A DNA stretch of 64,000 nt. Origin: Podarcis cretensis (taxonomy: Eukaryota). Location: assembly GCA_951804945.1 (NCBI GenBank), contig OX638152.1, forward strand, positions 42,842,001-42,906,000, written 5' to 3'. Positions within the stretch are counted from its first letter, which is position 1. Every line of letters starts with the position of its first letter. The notes below the pieces were generated by a model. That model worked only from the letters and a program-made list of their open reading frames with translations. It was not told where the DNA came from and made no database searches. Shown here in pieces: positions 52,124-61,655 of the stretch. Made by a program: the position numbers and the translations under genes.

Positions 52124-54543
52124 AGGCTGGTTGATGTTCACTGCTATCCTGCACTGATGCAAATGCATGTTTATGCATGCATCTCCTGAGGTTAAAAGGG
52201 CAAGAGGCAAGCACCCCAATCAAATTATTTATAGTACTTGGTTAGTTAGCCTATGGGTTGGTAACATTCAAGATAGGAGATGCACAAAACAAGGCTATAG
52301 AGAATTAGCACTATAAATGAGTCACTATTCTCACTCATCAATAGGCACATAACATACAATTTTGAATATCGCGGGGGGTTGTATTCCAACTTCCTTCAGC
52401 ATGGCCAGTGGTCAGGGATGATGATGGGAATTGTTGTCCAGCAATGTCTGCAGGACTGCACACTCCCCATCTCTGGCATACAGTTGTATTTACACCTTCC
52501 AGCACTCACTATTTGGGGCTGCAGCACCCAGCTGGTAATGAAGGAAGCGTCTCATTGTTGACAGGCAGCAGAGCAGCCCAAGCTAGCACACCCCACCAGT
52601 ATGAATGGCAGGCATTAAGCAAGTGACCACAATAGAGTTGACCTCACATGGAGCTCACTCCCTTAGCTCTGCAGCAGCCCACATTTTAACATAATTCCCA
52701 CGTTTGTTTCCATGTTCTCTAAATTTTATAGAATGCCAAGGCATTCTGGGGCAAATATCCACTTTATCAGATTGTGGGTTGGCGGTATGAAGGTGTATTA
52801 TTGCTGTACCTTCTGTACTTTGGCCTGCGTTCCGCTTGGTGGCTACTGGCACTGAGCGAAGCCAAATTTTTCACCTATGCTTCCTTCACCTGTTGCCTTG
52901 TGAAAATGCCTACACTCATAGCCCTGAGCTAGTAAGCTCAGCAACCTCTGCTGCTCCTCGGACCACTTCTGCTTCCTCCAACCTGCTCCTGGTGTGCCAA
53001 ATGGCTTTTTAGCTCAGCTGGGAAAAAAAGTGCAGCACCTTCTTTAGGAATTGATTGCTGTTAGCACCAGGAATTTCCAAGCCCAGGGCATCATCGGCCC
53101 CACTAGTATTTCTGCATGAACATGCCTGATGATTATTTGGCAAGCTGCTGCTTTTCATGCCAGTTTACAGCACTGGATTATAAATGCATTTTTTAAAATC
53201 ACAGGGGCATAATACCTGGTTGGGTTGTTACAAAGATTAGTGAAACAATGTAGCAAAGATGCTTTTAACACTTAAGGACACAATATTAACATGTTCTTTT
53301 AACCCCCCCCCCTTTTACCACTTTTACCACTATCACAACCAGGCACCCCCAACTAGCTGCCCCCCCCCAGTGTGATCTTGTCTGAGGCTTGCCTGTGTTG
53401 CCCAGATCCAGGGGCAGCATCAGAGGGGGAGGTACCAGGGGGCTACACTCAAAACCCCCACTTGCAGAGCCTCCTGGCCCTGCTGGACCTCCTTTTGTCA
53501 TTGCCCACCTGCCCTCTTAGGAACAGGAAAGTTTCAAAGCATCAGTTGCGCATGGAGGAAGTCCGAAGTTCAACCCTGGGCATTTCCTGGTAGGACTGGG
53601 GAAAGCTCCTGCCTGAAGCATAGCCAGTGTGGACAACGCATCAGTGGTCTGACTCTGTAGATCTTCCTAGCCCTCAAACAGGAGAGCAAAAGGGATCCCC
53701 ACCTTGTGATTTCCACTTGGGTGGTTGTGTGGATGGGTGTGTGTGCGCGCGCATGCATGCATGCAAGTAAATAGACAGCGGTTGTGAATGTGCTGGGGTG
53801 CTGACTTGAATAAAATACGGGGGGCAGGTGAGCCCCATGCCCATATAACTGATCACAAGGCACTGCAGACACACATACTATTTGAATCACAATGCCCATC
53901 AACTTGGGGGGACAGGCACCTCAAATACAGTATTTAAATAATATTTTATTGGGGGGACCTAGGAGTTGGCACCTATGGCAGGGGCAAGAAGCCAAGAGGG
54001 GTCGAGCCAACCCAGGGAGGGGGTATATTGCTGAATGTCGTCCCCCCACCCAAAGCTGATGCTTCCCCCATGGCCCTTGTTATTGGGAAGGGCCAGAGGG
54101 AAAGGGAAGCGGCATGTATGCATTGACTGCATTATTTCTGCCTGGGGTTCAAGGCGGCATAGATGGTTTCCCCTCTCCCCATTCCATCCCGACGACGACC
54201 CTGGGAGGCAGGTTCGGCTGGACGGCAGGCACTGCCTGGCCCAAGGTGACCCGCTGGTGGCCGAGTGGGACGGCCAGCCCTGCTCTGCCAGCTGCGTCCC
54301 TCTCCTTCCAACCCCGGGCGGGAGGCCCCTCACCTGCTCCACATCGGGGATGGGTCTCAGCGGAGTGCGGGCGCCGTGCCGGAAAAGAACCTGCACCAGC
54401 TTCAGCTCCAGCGGGTCGTCGTCGTCGCCGCCGCCGCTTCCGCGCGGCGCTTTGCTCCTCCTGGGCTCGGCCAGGGCTCTCCTCTTGCTCGCTACGCAGT
54501 ACGCCAGGGTGCCCAAGATGCCCACGCGAGCCCACAAACTCAT
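40871..54543 (-). CDS. ACP6: Lysophosphatidic acid phosphatase type 6 (histidine acid phosphatase). complement(join(40871..40984,41412..41571,42023..42118,42374..42474,44875..45010,46731..46818,49475..49554,49868..49998,50080..50208,54334..54543)) = 1245 nt, 414 aa
   Basis: RHGARTP catalytic motif, GQLT, RSTN.RN.ES, YAIHDVT (HD motif), WPPYAAD and [10 protein letters not shown]. Ten GT-AG-bounded exons with consistent phase. Synteny with BCL9. Confidence 0.97.
41412..41571 (-). CDS. ACP6: ACP6 exon 9 ([16 protein letters not shown]...[28 protein letters not shown])
   Basis: Translated by hand. Contains the catalytic HD. TTTTTAG| acceptor, GAG|GTAGGA donor. Confidence 0.94.
42023..42118 (-). 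CDS. ACP6: ACP6 exon 8 ([31 protein letters not shown])
   Basis: CTGACTAG| acceptor, AG|GTATGT donor. Confidence 0.92.
42374..42474 (-). CDS. ACP6: ACP6 exon 7 ([33 protein letters not shown])
   Basis: Translated by hand, as it is absent from the ORF track. TTTTAG| acceptor, AG|GTGAGC donor. Confidence 0.92.
42991..43347. mobile_element. Non-autonomous Tc1/mariner-superfamily (pogo/Tc2-like) MITE, 357 bp
   Basis: ~27-bp TIRs CCGTATATACTCGTGTATAAGCTGACC / GGTCGGCTTATACTCAAGTATATACGG, flanked by a TA duplication (42989-90, 43348-49). Confidence 0.88.
43393..43583 (+). mobile_element. tRNA-derived SINE with a CR1-like 3' tail, interrupted by a U6 retrocopy
   Basis: tRNA-like head (GGCTGTTAACCAGAAGGTTGGTGGTTCGAGCCCACCC, B box). 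Tail GGGGTTGGACTTGATGA...CCCTTTCCAAC...ATTCTATGA is typical of CR1 3' ends. Confidence 0.75.
43511..43543 (+). pseudogene. RNU6: U6 snRNA 5' fragment (nt 1-33), tailless retropseudogene
   Basis: GTGCTCGCTTCGGCAGCACATATACTAAAATTG is the vertebrate U6 5' end. Flanked by the 17-bp TSD TTGATGAATCCCAGGAC (43494-43510, 43541-43557). Confidence 0.95.
44875..45010 (-). CDS. ACP6: ACP6 exon 6 ([17 protein letters not shown]...DNIFAEQ)
   Basis: CTCGACAG| acceptor, CAG|GTACGC donor. Confidence 0.92.
46731..46818 (-). CDS. ACP6: ACP6 exon 5 ([29 protein letters not shown])
   Basis: TGTACAG| acceptor, AG|GTATCT donor. Confidence 0.93.
48110..48665 (-). mobile_element. LINE (L2-like) 3' fragment; related degenerate pieces at ~7200-7700, ~8940-9200 and ~23300-23740
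   Basis: Antisense peptide remnant '[17 protein letters not shown]', typical of the L2 ORF2 C-terminus, followed by an AT-rich tail. Confidence 0.65.
49193..49328. mobile_element. Palindromic hAT-type MITE (136 bp) with a perfect 8-bp TSD CACTAGGG
   Basis: TIRs CAGTGTTTCTCAG / CTGAGAAACACTG. TSD at 49185-49192 and 49329-49336. The whole element is an imperfect hairpin. Degenerate relatives at ~13560, ~41090, ~44680, ~45290, ~47520 and ~52390. Confidence 0.9.
49475..49554 (-). CDS. ACP6: ACP6 exon 4 ([26 protein letters not shown])
   Basis: TTTCAG| acceptor, G|GTCAGC donor. Confidence 0.93.
49868..49998 (-). CDS. ACP6: ACP6 exon 3 ([12 protein letters not shown]...KPSEV)
   Basis: TTCCCAG| acceptor, TT|GTGAGT donor. 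Confidence 0.93.
50080..50208 (-). CDS. ACP6: ACP6 exon 2 (VAWDPALL...YKKTVLK)
   Basis: AACAG|GTG acceptor, AAG|GTGACC donor. Confidence 0.92.
52062..52121. repeat. (AAT)n/(ATT)n microsatellite
   Basis: Direct reading. Confidence 0.9.
54334..54543 (-). CDS. ACP6: ACP6 exon 1 (MSLWARVG...[21 protein letters not shown])
   Basis: ATG at 54543, donor CAG|GTGAGG. Basic/hydrophobic N-terminus compatible with mitochondrial targeting. Confidence 0.92.
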
Positions 54544-54644
54544 GCTGACGGGGCGAGGCAGGTGGAGCGGGACCCTCGTAGCGAGTCCGAGAGCGGGGTA
54601 GCTCGCCGCTTGCGCAGCTGCCGGCAGAGTTGCGAAAGCAAAAG

Positions 54645-54678
54645 TTGCTGTTGCTGCTGCTGCTGCTGCTGCTGTTGC
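54645..54678 (-). repeat. (CAG/CAA)n trinucleotide tract upstream of the ACP6 ATG
   Basis: GTTGCTGTTGCTGCTGCTGCTGCTGCTGCTGTTG on the + strand. Confidence 0.9.
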
Positions 54679-56798
54679 CTCACGGGAAGCCCGGCTTCCT
54701 CTTCCACCGCTGGCGCGAGGAAACGCCGAGGCTCGCGGAACAGAGACCTCCTGCCTCCTCCCCCTTTTCAGCAACGCCGCCCGGGCGCAGCTGCTCGCCG
54801 GCAGGAGACTCGGCGCCACCCCCAGGAGGACCCTGGGAAATGCGGTTTCTTCAGCAGGGCGCCTGCCCCGGCCAGGAGCCACCAGAAGACTACATCTCCC
54901 AGCGGGCGTCGGGGCGCTCTTTCCCAGCCGGTCACGTGTATGGCGTGGGAGTTCCCACGGCCGAGCTTGTGAGCGGGTTGCTGCCGGCGAAGTGGGAGGA
55001 CAGCTTTGCCTTCGGGCTTAATCCGCCCTCTGGTTGGTCTCTGCAGCAAACAGGAGAGGCAGTGGGATCTGAGCGATGGCCATTCACTGAACCCATATGG
55101 GCGATCTTGTTGTATTCGTCTTATTTATGCTCTCCCATCTTGCTGGGTTTTGTAGTGTGTCCAGTTTTCAAATTATTAGTGAATGCGTTGGGCACTTTAT
55201 TCTGCTTTGTCCAGTTAGCTGCCATTCCTTGCCTCTGGGAAGTTCTGAACACTTTCAGCCGAATCCCATGTATGTAAGTCCAAATTTGTTCAGTGGAATT
55301 TACTTGCATAAACCTTTCCCCCATGATGGGGAGGAAATGCATACTGGATTCGCAAAACATTTGTACGCGCTTTTTATAAATGTAGATTTAGAAAGGATTT
55401 CTTTAAATAGGAAGACAGGCCATTTCACAGCAGTGTGGAAGACTATGATCAACCAGCTGTGCAGGTGCTAACTGTTGATGAGCAACTTCCAAAGTCCCTG
55501 CTTTCCATTCTTAAGGTTATCGAAACTCACTTGTTCTCAGTGGCTCCAACTGAGATGTATGGGTCAACCTGTATGGGATGCCACTGAGAGGGTGGTGAGT
55601 CATAGGACCTATTCCAGATGCTGGGCTCACCAGAGGCAAGAGTTTCTGCAATATACATGCCTGCCTATCATAATATGAGCATTTCACCCAGAAAGGAATA
55701 ATGCTGGCTTCCCATTTGATTATACTGGCATAGGCACACACACCTGGCAGATACAGTATACTTCTGAATACCAGTTGCTGGAAACAACAGGAGGTGAGAG
55801 TGCTGCTGTGCTCAGAGCCTTCTTGTGGGCTTCCCATAGGCATCTGGTTGGCCTGATCCAGAAGGCCTCTTCTTCTGTTCTTCTGCATGCATTCAGCATG
55901 ATCTAAGCTCTTGTCAAGTCAGAGGAATGTGTCGGTACAACCATTCATGCGCACACACCATATATAATGCTCCATGACACTCTGACTTGCCAAGGGCTTT
56001 TCACGAATCACTGGGTGAGTGGCATGGCATGGGTGTGGGCAGGGTGGCCCAAGGCATTTGCCACCTGGGGCAAAAATGCTCCACTCCCCTGCGATGGAGT
56101 CAGCAAACTCAGTAAGGATTGTCAAGAAGAAAGTAATCTTAGCAGGAGCGGAAGTGTTCCACTGAGCTTCGTTGCTGGTCCCTCTCTGTTCTTAGAGGCC
56201 AGGGAGACCAGTGGTAAATCTGTGTCGCGGAACTGGGGTGCCACGCTTTGAGGGATGCCTCATGGGTGGGCAAGGCTCTGAGTGGGGACTTGCCAAACCA
56301 GACTACTGCTCTCCTCTCAGCCCTTCTTGGAAGGGACGGAGGATAGGAACTAACTGTGATGGCCTGGGACTCGGGCTCGGACTTGGAACCAGAGGAGTCT
56401 CAGTCCGCACCAGATCCTTTGCCTCAGGTGGCATCTGAACCAAGTCTGGGGCCTGATTCTGAAGAGCCCCAGTCTGCACAGGTTCCCCCGCAACAAGCAT
56501 CAGCTGGGCCAAGTCTGGGGCCTGAGCCTGCCCTGGCTCCAGATGCGGGGATTACCTCGTTGCATTCAGCTGGGCCATCACTTACAGCTGCTCCACTACC
56601 AGTTGGGTCAGGAGAGGCTGAGGCGGCCTCTGGGTCTAGTAACCCACCGACACCTCCCAAGCTGCAGAGACTAAGGTCTGAGTGAAGGAGAGACCTGAGT
56701 ACTTGCAGGAGGAGTGCTTGCCTTCGGGCGAGACAGGGAGGTGAGTCACAGGGGGATCAGAACCAGCCGTTACCCCGACAAAGATAAAAGGCTGTCGG

Positions 56799-59279
56799 GA
56801 CTTCCGGGTTGGTGCCTCCGGTAATGGCGGAATTCCTCTGATCAGGAGGAATTTGCCTCGTGGGAATTTGGGTCTGGCCGCCATGGTGAAGGCGGAGACC
56901 CGCTAAAAATCACAGGCGGGAGAAGCCTGTGAGCATGGGATTCGGCGGGCACCCTTTGCGCCTCCCCTACTCGTGGGGAAACCCGGTTTTGGGGGTCCGG
57001 AGCAACGTGGGGTGAGCGGCGCGGTGCTTCGAATCGTCTGCTTCTTCCATGGAGCGAAGCCACATAGCTGTTGCCGGAAGGCGCTGACTTTTTCTTGTGG
57101 ACAATTTGACTTCAAAGTAATTACCCGTGAGTAGAGCTGAAGCGGGAGAATTGGATTTTTAAGCATCTAATTTGGTATCGTAATGGGGAGGTTCAACATA
57201 GGAAGTCCGCCTTCCCCTTTTGTAAATAGACTGAAGCAATGAGGCTGCAAGCTGAGGTCTTGGAAAGCCCTTTGTAAAATATTAAATTTCCATCGGTAAA
57301 GAACACTAAACCCCCCCTTGGAGGCAGGAGAAGAGGGGGGGGGGAGTTGTGGACTGAGTACGCCTGTAGGAGAGAGCAAAGAGAGCTAAAATACCGCCGC
57401 TCTGACCCTGGAAACGGGCTGCTAGCAGAACTGATGTCTTTTGGAATGTTCATTGACAGTGTTTAGAACGTTCATTGACAGCTAGCTAAATAAGAGAAAT
57501 ACATTGTTTCTACTGTTTCCGGCTGCTTTTAAAAAGGAGTAAAAAGTAACTGAAAACTGAAACTGTGTTTAAAAGAGGACATTACTGACTAATAGAAATA
57601 GAAACTGTACCCCCCCTAGTGGAAGTTTTTGAAACTGGTTGCTTTACAAGAGCTGGGCTAGGGGAATTTCCAGCTGCAAGATAAAAAAACTGTGAGACTC
57701 TGGGACTGACCTTGAATCTTTTGAGTGTTATGGCAAATGGAAAAGAAAAAACAGACCAGTCAACTGCTGAAAACACATTAAGGTCTGGGAGGACTTGGCA
57801 GCAACCCAGGAGAGGCTCAACATCAGGCCTCCCTGCTACTTCTGCTGCTGCTTTTGCACCAGTACACTCAAAACCAAGAGGAATGTCGACAGAAGAGGCC
57901 TTAGCGGTTGCATTAAATAAGATAAATGATTCACTGGAACAGCTTAACAAGAAAACAGACGTGATAAATGTGAAAGTGGATGCTGCAACTACTAAAATTG
58001 ACTTAATTACAGAAAGTATAAATATTCTGGGACAAAAGGTGAATACCAATACAGAAACCATCCAGAAATTGACACAGGAATCTACTTTGATACGGCAGAC
58101 TGCGGAAGAAGCCAGGGAGAAAGCTGTTGCTGCTGAATGTAAAGTAACACAACTTGAGAGAGTCCCAGCCCTACAGAGGCAACTTGATGAACATAAGTTG
58201 ACGCTTGTTATGATTGAACTTAAAGGAAAACAGACGAATTTGAGGATCAGAGCCCTACCTGAATTGGAGAAGAAAAGCTTGATAGATTTTCTCACACAGG
58301 AATTTGCTGACTTTTGGGACTTGGACTTGGGCCAAGAAGAGTTTAGAATTGTGAGGGCCTTCAGACTTGGAAGAGGAGGGAAAAAAGAGAAGAATAGAAT
58401 AAGAGACTGCTTGATCACTCTTCGAACTAAAGAAGAGAGAGATAGAATCTTGGGTTGGCATTACCAGAAGAACCTAGAAGTACAACAGTCAAGAGTGGAA
58501 ATTTTTAAACATGTCTCGAAATATCTTTTGGATTTTAGGCCTAACTACGGAGATATTGTTGCCCTGCTGAGAAGGAATAAAATCATCTTTAGGTGGGAGT
58601 TTTCCCCAAGGTTTATCCTTCAGTTTCAAAGGAAGGAATATAAAAATAAGATCAGTAGAAGATAAAGTAAAGTTTTTGAATGAATACGAAGAAGATCTGC
58701 AGAAGGGACTTGGAAAAGAGCCAAGAGCATCGGATAGAAGATCACCAGGATGAAGTTGATGGACTATATGGAACTGGCAGAAATGACCGGCAGAATCCGA
58801 GACCAGGGAGAAGAGTCGGTGGAAGAAGACTGGAAAAAGTTTAAAGATTTTTTATGGAAATACTGTAAAATTAATGAATGTTAGAAAAATGTTGGAATGA
58901 AGTTATATGGCTTTAGTAGAAATGTTATAAGGAATTAAGTATAAATAGATTAATAGAGTATCAAAGGAAAAAATAAGGTTAGAATGTGTTAAGATAATTA
59001 TAGGATAGAAAACAGAGGAAGATGGAAAGGAATTGCTGAAACAATTAATAGAGGTGGAATACAAAAAGGGAGGTGTGAGGAGGTCGTTGAAACAAGTGAA
59101 TGAAAGATAAGATACTGAAATTGGTTGATGTGTTTTAAATTGTTTTTGTTTTGTTTTGTTAGTTTAATGTGTTAGTGTTATGTAGTGTTTTTGTATTGTA
59201 TTGTATTGTTCTTCTTCTTTGTAGTGTTTAAATTGTTGGAAAAGTAATAAATATTATTTTTTAAAAAAAAAAGAAAAAG
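56799..59279 (+). mobile_element. L1-clade retroelement, 2.48 kb, with both ends present but lacking almost all of ORF2 (HAL1-like)
   Basis: 13-bp TSD AAAAGGCTGTCGG (56786-56798, 59280-59292), CpG-rich 5'UTR, ORF1, 44-codon ORF2 C-terminal remnant, AT-rich 3'UTR, AATAAA and an A-rich tail. Confidence 0.85.
57730..58753 (+). pseudogene. L1 ORF1p-like protein (coiled coil + RRM + CTD) with one +1 frameshift at ~58600-58603
   Basis: Heptad-rich helical region, then NLRIRALPE, RAFRLG, RDCLITL, VEIFKHVS and FRWEF(PQGLSFSFKG), which are L1 ORF1 (Transposase_22-like) motifs. The shifted frame continues to TGA at 58751-58753. Confidence 0.85.
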
Positions 59280-59511
59280 AAAAGGCTGTCGGATCCCACC
59301 CCAGGTTGCTGAAGCAACATAGGTGTTTGCCAGAACCTGCCTGAGACCTGTGCCTGACCTTGCCTGGTTTCCTGCCTTGTGTCCTTCCTGCCTTGGCCTT
59401 GTCGGACTGACTCCTCACAGAACCCTTGGATACGGGACCGGACCTGGACCACGTTGCTCGGGTTACCCCCGGGCCCAGCACACTAACCCAAGTTGAAAGC
59501 TGCTGCCTGGC

Positions 59512-59736
59512 TTTATTTATTTATCGCATTTATATATCTCAGTTTTCCTCCAAGGAGCTCAAGGTCGTGTTCATAGTTCTCTTCCCCGTTTTACCCTCAC
59601 AAAATTCCTGTTCAGTAGGTTTGGTTGAGAGTGAGTGGTTGGCCCAAGGCCACCCAGTAAGTTTCATGGCCAAGTGGGGATTTGAACTCCGATATCCCAG
59701 ATCCCAATCCAACACTCTAACCACTAAACCACACTG
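59512..59736 (-). mobile_element. tRNA-derived (MIR/Squam3-like) SINE
   Basis: The minus strand reads CAGTGTGGTTTAGTGGTTAGAGTGTTGGA...GAGTTCAAATCCCC (A/B boxes) and ends in (AAAT)n. Confidence 0.75.
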
Positions 59737-60475
59737 CAGAAAGCTTTTAACTTAGCTGGTCCTGTCACTGTGCAGAGGACATTCCCCACAAACCAGAGGC
59801 TTCTGGGATGTATTTTTACTTTATGCTTTTTGTGCCTTTATCCATTCTCTCTCCTTCCCCCCAAATCCCTGCTGCTGGTGTCAAGGAAAGGAGGAGGTAA
59901 GAGAAGTAGTAGTATCTAACAGGAAATTATAATGTGGGTTTGCATAAAGTGTTCAAAATCTTTTTGTCCACTAGAGAGCAATAGTGGGATTTGGAAATGG
60001 ACTGTACTGCTCAGTAAAAACTCTTCTGTTGGGTAGAAACCAAGAGTGGAAAACAGTTCCTTCTTCTTTTAAGTGGTAGAAAACAAAGCAAGATTTCCCA
60101 TCCAGCCAAGCTGGCTATTTCATGATCTATGCATTTAAGCAGTAGGCAAACTCTGTGGTGTAACAAAATGTTCCTGGGTTTAAACCGAATGCCCCAGAGA
60201 CAGGGGTGGGGGAAGAGGGTGTCATGGGGAAAGAAGTAGATAAGGAAAGTAATCTTCCTTCTTGTCAACAAGCAATCATAAAAAATATTTAGCAGCTGAC
60301 AGTTCCTAGTAAATAATATTTTATCAATGCAAAGCAGTTCCACTCCCGGGTTCCCTTCAAAACCTGTACATGAGAATGAGGGAAAATGAGTGGGAGAGTG
60401 CTAATAATTTGACACATTGTAGTGGCAATAGACCTATAAGCAGTCAGAGGTGCATATGGGGACCAAGTATGAAAA

Positions 60476-60486
60476 GTGTGTGTGTG

Positions 60487-60548
<62 letters not shown>
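60476..60548. repeat. Compound (GT)n(GA)n microsatellite
   Basis: Direct reading. Confidence 0.95.
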
Positions 60549-60551
<3 letters not shown>

Positions 60552-60746
60552 TGATCTGGTTGATGATGGGAAAGCAGGGCAGAGTGTGTGTGCGTACATT
60601 TTGAACTAGGCAAGTTTCTCAGATAATGTGTGTATGTGGTGAAGATCCAGCATTTAATAGGAAGAGGTGCACAGTTTCACAAATATTGCCTTGAATGGGT
60701 CAGTATAATTGATAAAAAAACATTTATAAGCCCTATGGCACTTTTA

Positions 60747-61117
60747 GGGACGCGGGTGGCACTGTGGGTAAAACCTCAGTGCCTAGGACTTGCTGATCGT
60801 AAGGTCGGCGGTTCGAATCCCCGCGACGGGGTGAGCTCCCGTCGTTCGGTCCCAGCTCCTGCCAACCTAGCAGTTCGAAAGCACCCCTAAGTGCAAGTAG
60901 ATAAATAGGGACCGCTTTATAGCGGGAAGGTAAACGGCGTTTCCGTGTGCGGCGCTGGTGCTGGCTCGCCAGATGCAGCTTCGTCACGCTGGCCACGTGA
61001 CCCGGAAGTGTCTTCGGACAGCGCCGGCTCCCGGCCTCTTGAGCGAGATGAGCGCGCAACCCTAGAGTCGGTCACGACTGGCCCTGATGGGCAGGGGTAC
61101 CTTTACCTTTTACCTTT
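60747..61117 (+). mobile_element. Full-length Sauria SINE with 11-bp TSD TATGGCACTTT (60734-60744 / 61118-61128)
   Basis: Highly similar to the copy at 23815. A/B boxes and (ACCTTT)n tail. Confidence 0.93.
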
Positions 61118-61578
61118 TATGGCACTTTAATTGTGAACTGTTTTATTGTGACTTCAGTAAAGGCTGAGCATTTCCACCTGCTCAGCTCCATTAAGAAGTT
61201 GCCTTCAGGTGGCTGCCGAAGGTATTATGCCAAAGGGAAATAACTGGGGAGCCAGTTTCTGCAACAAGTTCTTGACACAATAATACTGTATTATTGGTGG
61301 ATTTATTCTGCTTTAGGTTGTTCTGCAATGCTTCCCCAATGCTGCCACATTATTTCTACCTGGAGGGGATATAGTGCAGCAAAAGTGAGACAAAAATGAA
61401 ATGGGGTAGTTGTGATATAAAAACTTACGGGATTTTAGCAGGAAGTTAATGAATATGGACTGATCAGAAACGTAGCAGTGTGACCACCTTAAAACTTTGG
61501 CAGATTCAGACAGTATTGAAAGTGGGATCACAAATAATCATGAATGCACAATAAAAAGGGTGCCCAGAAGGGATCCTT

Positions 61579-61655
61579 GGTCACCCATCCAGACACTGAC
61601 CAGAGCCAAGCCTGCTTAGCTTCAGCAAGAGTGTTGGCCTCATGTACCTTCAGAC
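61579..61655 (-). mobile_element. 5S rRNA-derived fragment (5S-headed SINE remnant or 5S pseudogene)
   Basis: The minus strand GAAGCTAAGCAGGCTTGGCTCTGGTCAGTGTCTGGATGGGTGACC resembles the 5S internal control region (box A to box C). Confidence 0.6.

Larger units (their letters stand above)
54180..55040 (-). promoter_or_regulatory. ACP6: ACP6 CpG-island promoter with a ZNF143/THAP11-type motif GACTACATCTCCCAG (54888-54902) and E-box GTCACGTG (54931-54938)
   Basis: CpG-rich block overlapping exon 1. Motifs read directly. Confidence 0.8.
56221..59482 (+). mobile_element. LTR-like repeat (56221-56798 plus 59293-59482), split by the L1 insertion
   Basis: TG...CA ends, GC-rich body with internal direct repeats (CCAAGTCTGGGGCCTGA at 56440 and 56509), and a GATAAAAG TATA-like box at the insertion point. 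No TSD found, so the class is uncertain. Confidence 0.45.

Noticed and set aside
54035-55277. Plus-strand ORFs (188, 235, 215 aa) over the ACP6 promoter and exon 1
   Set aside because: Antisense shadows of a GC-rich island. The poly-Cys and poly-Leu runs come from the CTG repeat.
57582-58418. 278-aa antisense ORF within L1 ORF1
   Set aside because: Codon-register shadow of the sense ORF1, with no independent protein features.
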